From a virus (taxonomy: Duplodnaviria > Heunggongvirae > Uroviricota > Caudoviricetes), in IMG/VR virus record IMGVR_UViG_3300034061_003277, positions 64,479-128,478 of that record: 64,000 bases of DNA. One strand, given 5' to 3'. Each line of letters begins with the position of its first letter. The stretch's first letter is position 1. Positions 46,339 through 54,773 of this stretch are shown here, piece after piece. The position numbers and the translations under genes were made by a program. The notes under the pieces are model-generated. The model saw nothing but the letters and a program-made list of their open reading frames with translations. It did no database searches and was not told where the DNA came from.

Positions 46339-47453
46339 TGAATGTAATAGTAGTAACAAGCCCTGGCCCACAAGGTCCACAAGGTCCTCAAGGAGGAATA
46401 GGCCCATCTGGATCACAAGGACCTATTGGGTTAACAGGACCACAAGGAGAACAAGGCCCATCTGGCTCACAAGGCCCATCTGGCTCTATTAACTCTAGTA
46501 GTTTAGCCACAACAGGTTCTAATATTTTTATAGGTAACCAAATAGTGACTGGTTCTTTGTTCACATCTGGTTCAAATATACTAATAGGAAATACAGAACT
46601 AACAGGTTCTTTAAGTGTTAGTGGTTCAACTTTATTTGTAGGAATCCATACTTTAAGTGGATCAAATACAATTACTGGAAATACTATAATGAGTGGTAGT
46701 ATAGAAGTTAGTGGATCATCTAATTTTCATAATAGTGTATTTATTGTGACAGGATCAACATCTGTATCTGGTTCATTTAATGTTAAAGGAACATCAACAT
46801 TTTCTGACACTACCTTTACTATAACAGGATCACAACTATTTACAGGTTCATCATTTATTAATGGAAATCAAACTATATCTGGGTACCAATCTGTTAGTGG
46901 ATCATCTTCTATTACAGGCTCATTAAATGTCATAGGAGATATTAATGTAGTGAGTGGCTCTTCATTCTATCGTTGGGGTAATAAACTATTTAACTATGGA
47001 GCGTTTTCATCTACTCAAACGCAAATAGGACTGAGGAACAGCATACTTAGTATGTCCTTCGACACAACAGATATTGGAGGATCGGGGGTGAGCCTACTCG
47101 ACAGCACAAAAATCGCAGTAGAGAACACGGGTATATATAATTTACAATTCTCAGCCCAATTGGATCGAACTACAAGCGGAACTAACATAGTAACTATATG
47201 GTTTGCATATACTGGGAGTAGCATTGCAAACAGTGCTACTGATGTAACAATAACAGGAGGAGCTGCAGCAAATCCATTAGTAGCATCTTGGAATTATATA
47301 TTACCTATGTCTGCAAGCTCATATGTTGAAATATATTGGAGTCATAATGATAATGCTGATGATGATATTGAGCTAAAAGCTGTAACTACAAGAATAAACC
47401 CACCACGCCCAGCAGTACCTTCTGTAATCGCTACCCTAACTCAGATATCATAA
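46338..47453 (+). CDS. Collagen-repeat fibre protein with TGS/SGS beta-repeats and C1q-like C-terminus
   Basis: About 13 Gly-X-Y triplets at the N-terminus, periodic xTGS/xSGS repeats, NTGIYNLQFSAQL. Confidence 0.7.
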   Translation: MNVIVVTSPGPQGPQGPQGGIGPSGSQGPIGLTGPQGEQGPSGSQGPSGSINSSSLATTGSNIFIGNQIVTGSLFTSGSNILIGNTELTGSLSVSGSTLFVGIHTLSGSNTITGNTIMSGSIEVSGSSNFHNSVFIVTGSTSVSGSFNVKGTSTFSDTTFTITGSQLFTGSSFINGNQTISGYQSVSGSSSITGSLNVIGDINVVSGSSFYRWGNKLFNYGAFSSTQTQIGLRNSILSMSFDTTDIGGSGVSLLDSTKIAVENTGIYNLQFSAQLDRTTSGTNIVTIWFAYTGSSIANSATDVTITGGAAANPLVASWNYILPMSASSYVEIYWSHNDNADDDIELKAVTTRINPPRPAVPSVIATLTQIS

Positions 47454-47494
47454 ATTGATTAATTGTTTTAATATTTATAATAAACTTATATCTA

Positions 47495-50383
47495 ATGCAA
47501 AGTAATAGTGTAAATGGACAACCCGATATAGCCAGTGTAGTAGTAACTACAGCTGATAATCAAATCATTGTCCCTCAGCCTATTACTACTGTTGTAGAAG
47601 TAAACAGCCCCGGCCCACAAGGTGCTAAAGGAGAAAGAGGTCCTATAGGCCCATCTGCCCCATTTAATGAAATAGTAACGGATGTTTGGGCTACTACATC
47701 AAGCATAGAAATATCAGGATCACTTACAGTATCAGGTTCTTCTACTTTTACAAACATAGGCCCAGCTGTATTTTCAGGTAGTGTTAATGTAACTGGTTCT
47801 ATATTTAATTGGAATGGAAATCAAGTATTAACATTTGGTGATACTGGATCTATAACTGTATTAAGCGCTAGTTATGCTGAATCTGCATCTTATGCCGTAA
47901 CTTCAAGTTACTCTAATGCATCAACTAGTGCCTCATATTCATTAACTTCAAGTTACTCAGATACATCAGTAAGCGCTTCATATGCTTTAAGTTCATCTTA
48001 TTCTGTAACTTCAAGCTATTCAAATACTTCTACAAGTGCTTCATACACTATAACTTCAAGTTACTCAAATACTTCTACAAGTGCCTCATATGCTTTAAGC
48101 TCATCTTACACTATAACATCAAGTTATTCTGTAACTTCAAGTTACTCAAATACTTCTACAAGTGCCTCAAACGCTTTATATGCTTCACAATCTATAACTT
48201 CAAGTTATTCAAATACTTCAACTAGCGCATCATTTGCATTAACTGCTAATAGCATAAATCCATTATATCAAGATGTTTATATAAGTGGCTCTACAGTAAT
48301 AGATGGGAACTTAACAGTATTTGGAACCGCGTCTTATGTTTATATAACTGCGTCCCAATTGGATGTAGGAACTAATACTATATCTGTAAACATAGCTGAA
48401 CCAGCTCAAAGATTTGGTGGGTTATTAGTATATGATTCTGGATCATTTTCACATCAATCTACTGCTAGTTTACTTTGGGATTCACTAAATAATCATTGGA
48501 TTTATCAAAACGCCTCAGGCAGCTCATACTCAGGAGGAATGTTTTTGTCTGGTCCTAGAAACACAGGATCATTAGGAGACGAACCTAGTTTAACTAGATT
48601 CTTAGTCCCAAGAGGAGACGGGGGCGATCATTTAAATAATACACAAATATATAGTAGTGCCTCTATAACCCAAATAACAGGATCATTATTAGTATCAGGC
48701 TCAACCAATGGAATAGATACAATTAGTGGAACATTAATATCTAATGGAAAAACCTCAGTTGATTGGGATGGATATACATTATATGATGAGAATGCTAATA
48801 CAAGCATAGACTGGAAAGGTAGAGCTTTAATCACTTCTTTAGGAACTTTATCTATAGATTATGAAAATAACGCTTTAAGTGATTTATTATCAAATGTATC
48901 TTTTGATTGGGAAAATAGGTATTTAGTCTACCCTGGTGGGACATCTAGAGCTATAAATTTTGGTACTTTAAATCAAATAATAACAACCGGATCTATTATA
49001 TCATCTGGAAGTATATTAGCAGCGTCTTCTAACACTGCGATACCAGCAATTACTTCATCAGCTTTTACAGATGATTATAATAGAGTAACATTATCACCTG
49101 GTGGTACTCCATCTTTAACCTATACTAATACTAACACAGGAGCAGGTAATGCTACTATAGTTACAAATTATCTTAATATAGCCAACGGAAACCCAGCAGG
49201 ACAATCATATACTACAGTACCTTTATCCGGATTCTCATCACCATATAATGCTACATTAGCAAGCAATACTGGTGATCTAATCGAGTGGACTTTTAATTTA
49301 AGAACAAACCGTAACACCATATTTTCAGGTTTTGGAGTTGGGCAGTACAGTGGAGCCATAATATTAGTAGGATCAAACGCTAATGTTCAAACATTAGGCC
49401 AAGGGTATGCTTTAGTATATGGTGGAACCGGGACTAGAAACTGGAGATTAGTTAGATATAATAATGGGTTATCTGGAACTTTAACTGATGTTATAGCAGG
49501 AGGAATATTCGCTGCTAATACAAACTATGTTAGTGTGAAAATAACTTACATTCCTTCTACAAACACTTGGTCATATTATTTTAGAGATGACGGAGCAGTA
49601 GGATGGGGCGATCCAACAACAGTAAGTACATTAATAAGTACAGCAGTTGATAGTACTTATACTTCTACTCTTATGAGTGTATTTGGAGTATATTTCAATT
49701 ATTCTACCGCTGCTTCTCAAAACTTACAGTTTGACAATTTAGCGATAAATTCATATCAAACATTCCCGCTTACTCCTCAAAACATGCTGACAGTTAAAGA
49801 TGCTTCTGGCAACAATGACTTTACAGTGACTGATACAGGAAACATAACAGCATCGGGAAGTATATTAGGATATGGAGGAATATCAGGCTCATTCTCAGGA
49901 AGTTATGTAGGTAATGGTAGAGCATTAGTTTTAGGACAAACTGGATCTTCGGTATTCGGCACAGGAGTATTATCAGTAACTAGTGCTGTCACTACTTTAA
50001 CCCTCATCCCAGGATTAACAACAACATTTACTGTTCCTTCAGGTGGTACTTACCTGACTTATATTGCTACTAATGGAGGAATTAACACTACTGCTACTAC
50101 TTCAACAGGAGTATCCGCGATAGATGTAGCTATACAAGTAGACGGGGCCATTCTTACAGCTGGAGGATATAACAGAATGTATGCCGACAACCCAGCAGCT
50201 AACGCAACTGTAACTAACTATGTATCAAACTGGAATATGCATGTTGTAACACCTTTAGCAGCTGGATCTCATACTGTAAATGTTAGTGCGGCTTTTGTAG
50301 CAGGTTCAACAGCTACAGTTAGTGGAGGAGCTACAACTATTAAACAAGGTACTTTAACAATAATGATATTAAAAGCTTCATAA
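47495..50383 (+). CDS. Long modular fibre protein (962 aa)
   Basis: Short collagen stretch, Ser-rich SASY repeats, a domain shared with 41945..45382 (LLWDSLNN.WIY...SGPRNTGS), DW repeats. Confidence 0.75.
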   Translation: MQSNSVNGQPDIASVVVTTADNQIIVPQPITTVVEVNSPGPQGAKGERGPIGPSAPFNEIVTDVWATTSSIEISGSLTVSGSSTFTNIGPAVFSGSVNVTGSIFNWNGNQVLTFGDTGSITVLSASYAESASYAVTSSYSNASTSASYSLTSSYSDTSVSASYALSSSYSVTSSYSNTSTSASYTITSSYSNTSTSASYALSSSYTITSSYSVTSSYSNTSTSASNALYASQSITSSYSNTSTSASFALTANSINPLYQDVYISGSTVIDGNLTVFGTASYVYITASQLDVGTNTISVNIAEPAQRFGGLLVYDSGSFSHQSTASLLWDSLNNHWIYQNASGSSYSGGMFLSGPRNTGSLGDEPSLTRFLVPRGDGGDHLNNTQIYSSASITQITGSLLVSGSTNGIDTISGTLISNGKTSVDWDGYTLYDENANTSIDWKGRALITSLGTLSIDYENNALSDLLSNVSFDWENRYLVYPGGTSRAINFGTLNQIITTGSIISSGSILAASSNTAIPAITSSAFTDDYNRVTLSPGGTPSLTYTNTNTGAGNATIVTNYLNIANGNPAGQSYTTVPLSGFSSPYNATLASNTGDLIEWTFNLRTNRNTIFSGFGVGQYSGAIILVGSNANVQTLGQGYALVYGGTGTRNWRLVRYNNGLSGTLTDVIAGGIFAANTNYVSVKITYIPSTNTWSYYFRDDGAVGWGDPTTVSTLISTAVDSTYTSTLMSVFGVYFNYSTAASQNLQFDNLAINSYQTFPLTPQNMLTVKDASGNNDFTVTDTGNITASGSILGYGGISGSFSGSYVGNGRALVLGQTGSSVFGTGVLSVTSAVTTLTLIPGLTTTFTVPSGGTYLTYIATNGGINTTATTSTGVSAIDVAIQVDGAILTAGGYNRMYADNPAANATVTNYVSNWNMHVVTPLAAGSHTVNVSAAFVAGSTATVSGGATTIKQGTLTIMILKAS
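47865..48245 (+). repeat. Imperfect tandem repeat (45-nt units with 18-nt inserts) encoding TSSYSNTSTSASYxx
   Basis: Six 45-nt units such as acttcaagttactcaaatacttctacaagtgcctcatatgcttta, with agttcatcttattctgta-type inserts. Confidence 0.85.
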
Positions 50384-50384
50384 T

Positions 50385-50711
50385 ATGGTTTGGAATAACT
50401 TAAGTATAGAATTAGTAAGTAATAATGAAATAATAAACACTGGATTTGCCACTAATGAAGGTTTAGTTACTTTAACTCCACTTGAAATTCAAGAAACTTT
50501 AGAAATTATATTCTATGAAATTGAAAATCCATCATTAAAAAAAGGAATACCATCACAACCATTATGGGATTCATTTTATATAAAACTATGCGATGATAAT
50601 GTAGTAGTAAATTTTGTTTTAATTGAAAAACAAATTATGGAGTATGATATGATGATAAATGACTATACTCGCCCTGAGTATTTGAAATTTCAATATGATA
50701 ATTTAATATAA
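50385..50711 (+). CDS. Hypothetical protein (108 aa)
   Basis: ORF starts 1 nt after the previous stop. Confidence 0.55.
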   Translation: MVWNNLSIELVSNNEIINTGFATNEGLVTLTPLEIQETLEIIFYEIENPSLKKGIPSQPLWDSFYIKLCDDNVVVNFVLIEKQIMEYDMMINDYTRPEYLKFQYDNLI

Positions 50712-50725
50712 TATTTATAGACAAA

Positions 50726-51880
50726 ATGACTAATAATCTCCAAATCTTTGAATTTAATCCTTCTAGACCACGGCTGTTTAAAAGAATTATAACTCATGTC
50801 AAACAAATATCAGGTATGTTTGTTAAAGGTCAATCTTCATATAATAATATTTTAAATGAAGATATATCCAAAGGAACAACCCCCACAATAATTATTACTA
50901 AATCTCCATATGGTTCATATATAGCACCATTAGTAAACATTTACGGAGAAGAAATTAAAGAAGCTTGGAATCTCAATTATACCATCTCCACCACTGTTAA
51001 ATTAAACCGATTCCCATCTACAGTTTACACCCCAGACTTAAAAAAGTTAACTAAAAATAATGAACTAGAAAAAGATCAAATTTTTTATCATAAATCATTT
51101 CCTATAACTAAAAAAAGAACAGATTTAGCAGTATACCATTATGGAGAACATTATATCTCACAAAATATAATAGGTTATGAAAAAGGAGTAGATGAAAATG
51201 GAAATGGTATTAAAATTCCAATATATGAAAATGTAGTTAATGAAAAACCATTAGGGACTATTGAATTTGGAGCTATGGCACCTTATTTCCAAGATGCTAA
51301 AAAACCATCTAATTTATTTTCATTGTGTGTATATATAAACTTAGGCAAAACTAGATACTCATTATATACTGATTATAAATTTAAATTAGGAAGTATAAAT
51401 AAAATTGACTTTTCAATAGAGACTATTAAGCCTACTGACCTAGAAAACGAAAAATGGATAAGAGAAATAAAACTATTTGTTAATGGTGAACAACAAGAAG
51501 TAGTTCAATATTTTGGAAAAGTATGGAATAAGCATAAAAAAGAAATTGAATCTGGGATAATTGCTTCTTCTCCTAATTTTGGCCAATATGCAAATGCTAA
51601 AAGACCACCTAAAGGCCTTGAAGAATTAAAAATACATAAATCTATTATAGATTATATGGAAATACCTACAGATTGGTTAAAGTTTTTAAATAAAATTGAA
51701 TGTTCTCCTATTGTTAGTAGACATTCTAAAACATTATCTTCTAAAGATTTACCTTCTTTAAATAATGGTGTAGATTTTGGTCCTATTAATATTTATAGTA
51801 GCACAACTGAAAAAGACAAAGAAATACTCCCTGAGTATGAAAAAGCACTCCCTAACGAGGGGGCTTCACAAGATATTTAA
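50726..51880 (+). CDS. Hypothetical protein (384 aa), basic, directly followed by structured RNA
   Basis: TATTTATA at 50712; no family recognised. Confidence 0.65.
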   Translation: MTNNLQIFEFNPSRPRLFKRIITHVKQISGMFVKGQSSYNNILNEDISKGTTPTIIITKSPYGSYIAPLVNIYGEEIKEAWNLNYTISTTVKLNRFPSTVYTPDLKKLTKNNELEKDQIFYHKSFPITKKRTDLAVYHYGEHYISQNIIGYEKGVDENGNGIKIPIYENVVNEKPLGTIEFGAMAPYFQDAKKPSNLFSLCVYINLGKTRYSLYTDYKFKLGSINKIDFSIETIKPTDLENEKWIREIKLFVNGEQQEVVQYFGKVWNKHKKEIESGIIASSPNFGQYANAKRPPKGLEELKIHKSIIDYMEIPTDWLKFLNKIECSPIVSRHSKTLSSKDLPSLNNGVDFGPINIYSSTTEKDKEILPEYEKALPNEGASQDI

Positions 51881-51886
51881 CGCGTT

Positions 51887-52082
51887 TAGGTGAGAACCTG
51901 GACTATAGACCATCTTCTCGATTTACATGTATCTTGAGGGTGAAGGTGCCAACTGTGACCTCCTTAGCGGGAAGGAACGGTTGGAAAATTTAACTCGTCT
52001 AGTTCGAGTTAAAGTGATGCTAGTGGGGGTTTAATCCCCTTCGGGGGATTAGATTCCGGGGCCATCCGGCACAACTAGCATC
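51887..52082 (+). ncRNA. Candidate structured non-coding RNA, family unknown
   Basis: GC-rich island in an AT-rich genome with stems AGGT-GAGA-ACCT, CCAACTG/CGGTTGG enclosing TCCTT/AAGGA, TTTAACTCG/CGAGTTAAA, GATGCTAGT/ACTAGCATC enclosing TAATCCCC-TTCG-GGGGATTA; no ORF in track; terminator follows. Confidence 0.65.
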
Positions 52083-52092
52083 TTGAAAACTA

Positions 52093-52127
52093 AAAAAGCT
52101 GGGGAAGTCGCGCTCCCTGGCTTTTTT
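52093..52127 (+). terminator. Intrinsic terminator (A-tract and T-tract, possibly bidirectional)
   Basis: aaaaaAGCTGGGGA-agtcgcgc-TCCCTGGCT-ttttttt. Confidence 0.75.
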
Positions 52128-52179
52128 TATTTTAATTAATCTATTTTACTTTCCTAATATTTATAACAAAATCTAACAC

Positions 52180-53340
52180 ATGAATGTTCCTATATACCCT
52201 GGCAGCTCGTCATTCTACCCAGGATTAACACCATTTGGGTTTTATGACTATGATTATCAATTTCAACAAGATGCTGATAAAGTAACAACATTTTGTGCTC
52301 GTAGATTAGGATACCCTATTATGGAGGTAGAGTTACAAAACTTAAACTTCTATGCTGCTTTTGAAGAGGCAGTTACAACATATGGTAATGAATTATACGC
52401 ATTTCAAGTTAGAGATAACTTATTATCTTTAGAAGGAACATCTACAGGATCAAATTTAAATAATGCTCTTATCACCCCCAATATGGCTAATATTGTCAGA
52501 TTATCTCAACAATATGGCGAAGAAGCGGGAGTAGGAGGTAACGTAAATTATTATAGTGGATCTGTAGCATTAACATCTAGCATTCAAGATTATGACTTAG
52601 CACAATGGGCTATAAGTAATGGAATTGATGGAGGAATAGAAATTAAACAAGTATTCTTTTATCCACTACCCGCTATTAATCAAATGTATGCCCCATATGG
52701 TGGATTCGCAGGATTAGGAGGAGTACCATCAGCTGGTATATATGGTGGAGGAATGTTAGGTAGTGGATATGGTACTGGTTATTTAATGATGCCATTATCA
52801 TATGATATGTCTACTCTTCAAGCAATTGAAATGAGTAACCAAGTTCGCTTATCTAATTACTCATTCCAGTTAATTAACAACAAATTACGAATATTCCCTA
52901 TACCTTTCACTGAGGATGAAACACATGGTGGATATATTTGGTTTAATTATATCAAATCATCAGAACGTTTAAATAATGGATTAGTTACTCCTGGAGGAGT
53001 TACAAACCCATCAAACGCTCCTTACGGTAACCCAGTATACACTCAAATTAACTCAGTTGGAAGACAATGGATATTTGAATATACTTTAGCTTTAGTAAAA
53101 GAAATTCTAGGATATGTACGTGGAAAATATAGCACTGTACCTATCCCAGATCAAAATATGACTCTTAACCAAGCTGACTTGTTAGCATCAGCTACTGCTG
53201 ATAAAAATGCTTTGATAGAAAGATTAAGATTTTATTTTGATGATACTTCACAAAAAGCTTTACTTGAAAGACGTTCACAAGAAAGTGAATTTAGAAAACA
53301 AGAAATTATGAATGTACCAATGGTAATTTATATAGGATAA
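52180..53340 (+). CDS. Neck/head-tail connector protein (T4 gp13-like)
   Basis: RRLGYPIMEVEL...FEEAV, QWIFEYTLALVKEILG.VRGKY..VPIP motifs; position in neck module. Confidence 0.8.
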   Translation: MNVPIYPGSSSFYPGLTPFGFYDYDYQFQQDADKVTTFCARRLGYPIMEVELQNLNFYAAFEEAVTTYGNELYAFQVRDNLLSLEGTSTGSNLNNALITPNMANIVRLSQQYGEEAGVGGNVNYYSGSVALTSSIQDYDLAQWAISNGIDGGIEIKQVFFYPLPAINQMYAPYGGFAGLGGVPSAGIYGGGMLGSGYGTGYLMMPLSYDMSTLQAIEMSNQVRLSNYSFQLINNKLRIFPIPFTEDETHGGYIWFNYIKSSERLNNGLVTPGGVTNPSNAPYGNPVYTQINSVGRQWIFEYTLALVKEILGYVRGKYSTVPIPDQNMTLNQADLLASATADKNALIERLRFYFDDTSQKALLERRSQESEFRKQEIMNVPMVIYIG

Positions 53341-53849
53341 TGGCAATATTTGGCTCGGCGAGAGATATATCAATGTTTAGGCACGTTAACCGCGAGTTAT
53401 TGTGGGATGTTATTACTCAACAATGTGCTTTATATAAATTTATTTTAGACAAAACTACTGTTAACATGTATGGAGAAGCAGCAGGAGGTAAATTCTATGA
53501 TGGTCCTGTATTGTTAAACGCTTTAATAACAGTAAAAGATAATACAACTCCAATAAATGAATTTGGAGCCGATTTTGGATGGGGTATTGATGTAGCATTT
53601 TTAAGAGATGATTTAGTTCAAGCTAATGCTCACCCCGAAGTTGGGGATATAATTCTATACCAAGAAAGTTATTTCGAAGTGGACAATACAAATGAAATCC
53701 AATACTTTGCTGGTAAGAACCCAGATTACCCATACAATCCTAATCCATTAAACCCAGGATTAAGTAATTTTGGATATAATGTATCTATAGTATGTCAAAC
53801 TCATTATGTACCTGCCGACAGACTTAACTTGATAAAAACTAGATTATAA
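53340..53849 (+). CDS. Neck/head-closure protein (T4 gp14-like)
   Basis: NMYGE...PEVGDIILY...FEVD pattern; follows gp13-like gene. Confidence 0.7.
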   Translation: MAIFGSARDISMFRHVNRELLWDVITQQCALYKFILDKTTVNMYGEAAGGKFYDGPVLLNALITVKDNTTPINEFGADFGWGIDVAFLRDDLVQANAHPEVGDIILYQESYFEVDNTNEIQYFAGKNPDYPYNPNPLNPGLSNFGYNVSIVCQTHYVPADRLNLIKTRL

Positions 53850-54751
53850 TGACTGAAATAAGAAAACCCATACCTAAAACTCAAAGAGAAATAAGCATTT
53901 CTCAGCAGAGACCATACCAGCCACCTCCTGGAGCTGAGGGTTTTCAAGCTATTGGCAACCCAAATAAAGCTGAAGGTTTAAATAGAGGAGAACAAGTATC
54001 ATTTAAAGACGATACTACAAAACCTTTTTCAGTCGGGTTAGAAGATATAGACTGGGCTGTAATGTATTATTTTGAAAATGTTATAAGCCCAACTGTAGTA
54101 CAAAATGGACAAAGACTTCCTGTACCTATAATATATGGTTCACCTGAACGTTGGAAATCATTTCAAAAAGATGGTTACTATAGAGATGCTCAAGGTAGAA
54201 TAATGGCTCCACTTTTAATGTTTAAAAGAGAAAGTGTTGAAAAGAATAGAAGTGTAGCTAATAAATTAGATGCTAATATTCCATACAATTATGCTGTTAC
54301 TCAAAAATCATATTCTACTCAAAACGCTTATGATAAGTTTAATGTTCAAAATAATATTAGACCTGAAAAAGTATATTACGTTACTGTAGTCCCTGATTAT
54401 GTTACAATAACATATGAATGTGCTGTATTTACTTACTATATGGAACAACTAAATAAAATAGTAGAAGCTATAGAATACGCGTCCGATGCTTATTGGGGTG
54501 ATCCATCTCGTTTTAAATTTAAGACTATGATTGATACTTTTAGTACTAACATAGAAATGACAGAAGGTACAGAACGTATAGCTAAAAGTACATTTACTAT
54601 AAAAATAAATGGATATATAGTTCCTGAGATTTTACAAAAAGACCTTAACTCAATTAAGAAATATTCTAATAAAAATATATTAACGTTCACCGGCGAAGCA
54701 GTTTCATCAATAGAAAGTGTGAATTTTCTACCTCCAGGTGCACAAATTTAA
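53849..54751 (+). CDS. Tail terminator/sheath stabiliser (T4 gp15-like)
   Basis: VPIIYGSPERW, VPDYVTITY...YMEQLNKIVE motifs. Confidence 0.8.
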   Translation: MTEIRKPIPKTQREISISQQRPYQPPPGAEGFQAIGNPNKAEGLNRGEQVSFKDDTTKPFSVGLEDIDWAVMYYFENVISPTVVQNGQRLPVPIIYGSPERWKSFQKDGYYRDAQGRIMAPLLMFKRESVEKNRSVANKLDANIPYNYAVTQKSYSTQNAYDKFNVQNNIRPEKVYYVTVVPDYVTITYECAVFTYYMEQLNKIVEAIEYASDAYWGDPSRFKFKTMIDTFSTNIEMTEGTERIAKSTFTIKINGYIVPEILQKDLNSIKKYSNKNILTFTGEAVSSIESVNFLPPGAQI

Positions 54752-54773
54752 ATATTTATACTAAACATATAAC

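Noticed and set aside
51998-52012. GTTCGAG as a possible tRNA T-loop
   Set aside because: No T-stem or cloverleaf; the bases belong to a different perfect hairpin
51891-52117. Short resemblances to RNase P RNA conserved regions (agaacctggacta; gtgccaactgtgac; ggggaagtcgcgctcc)
   Set aside because: Order is wrong, the would-be P4 strands do not pair, and the last piece is part of the terminator; RNase P is not supported without a covariance-model hit
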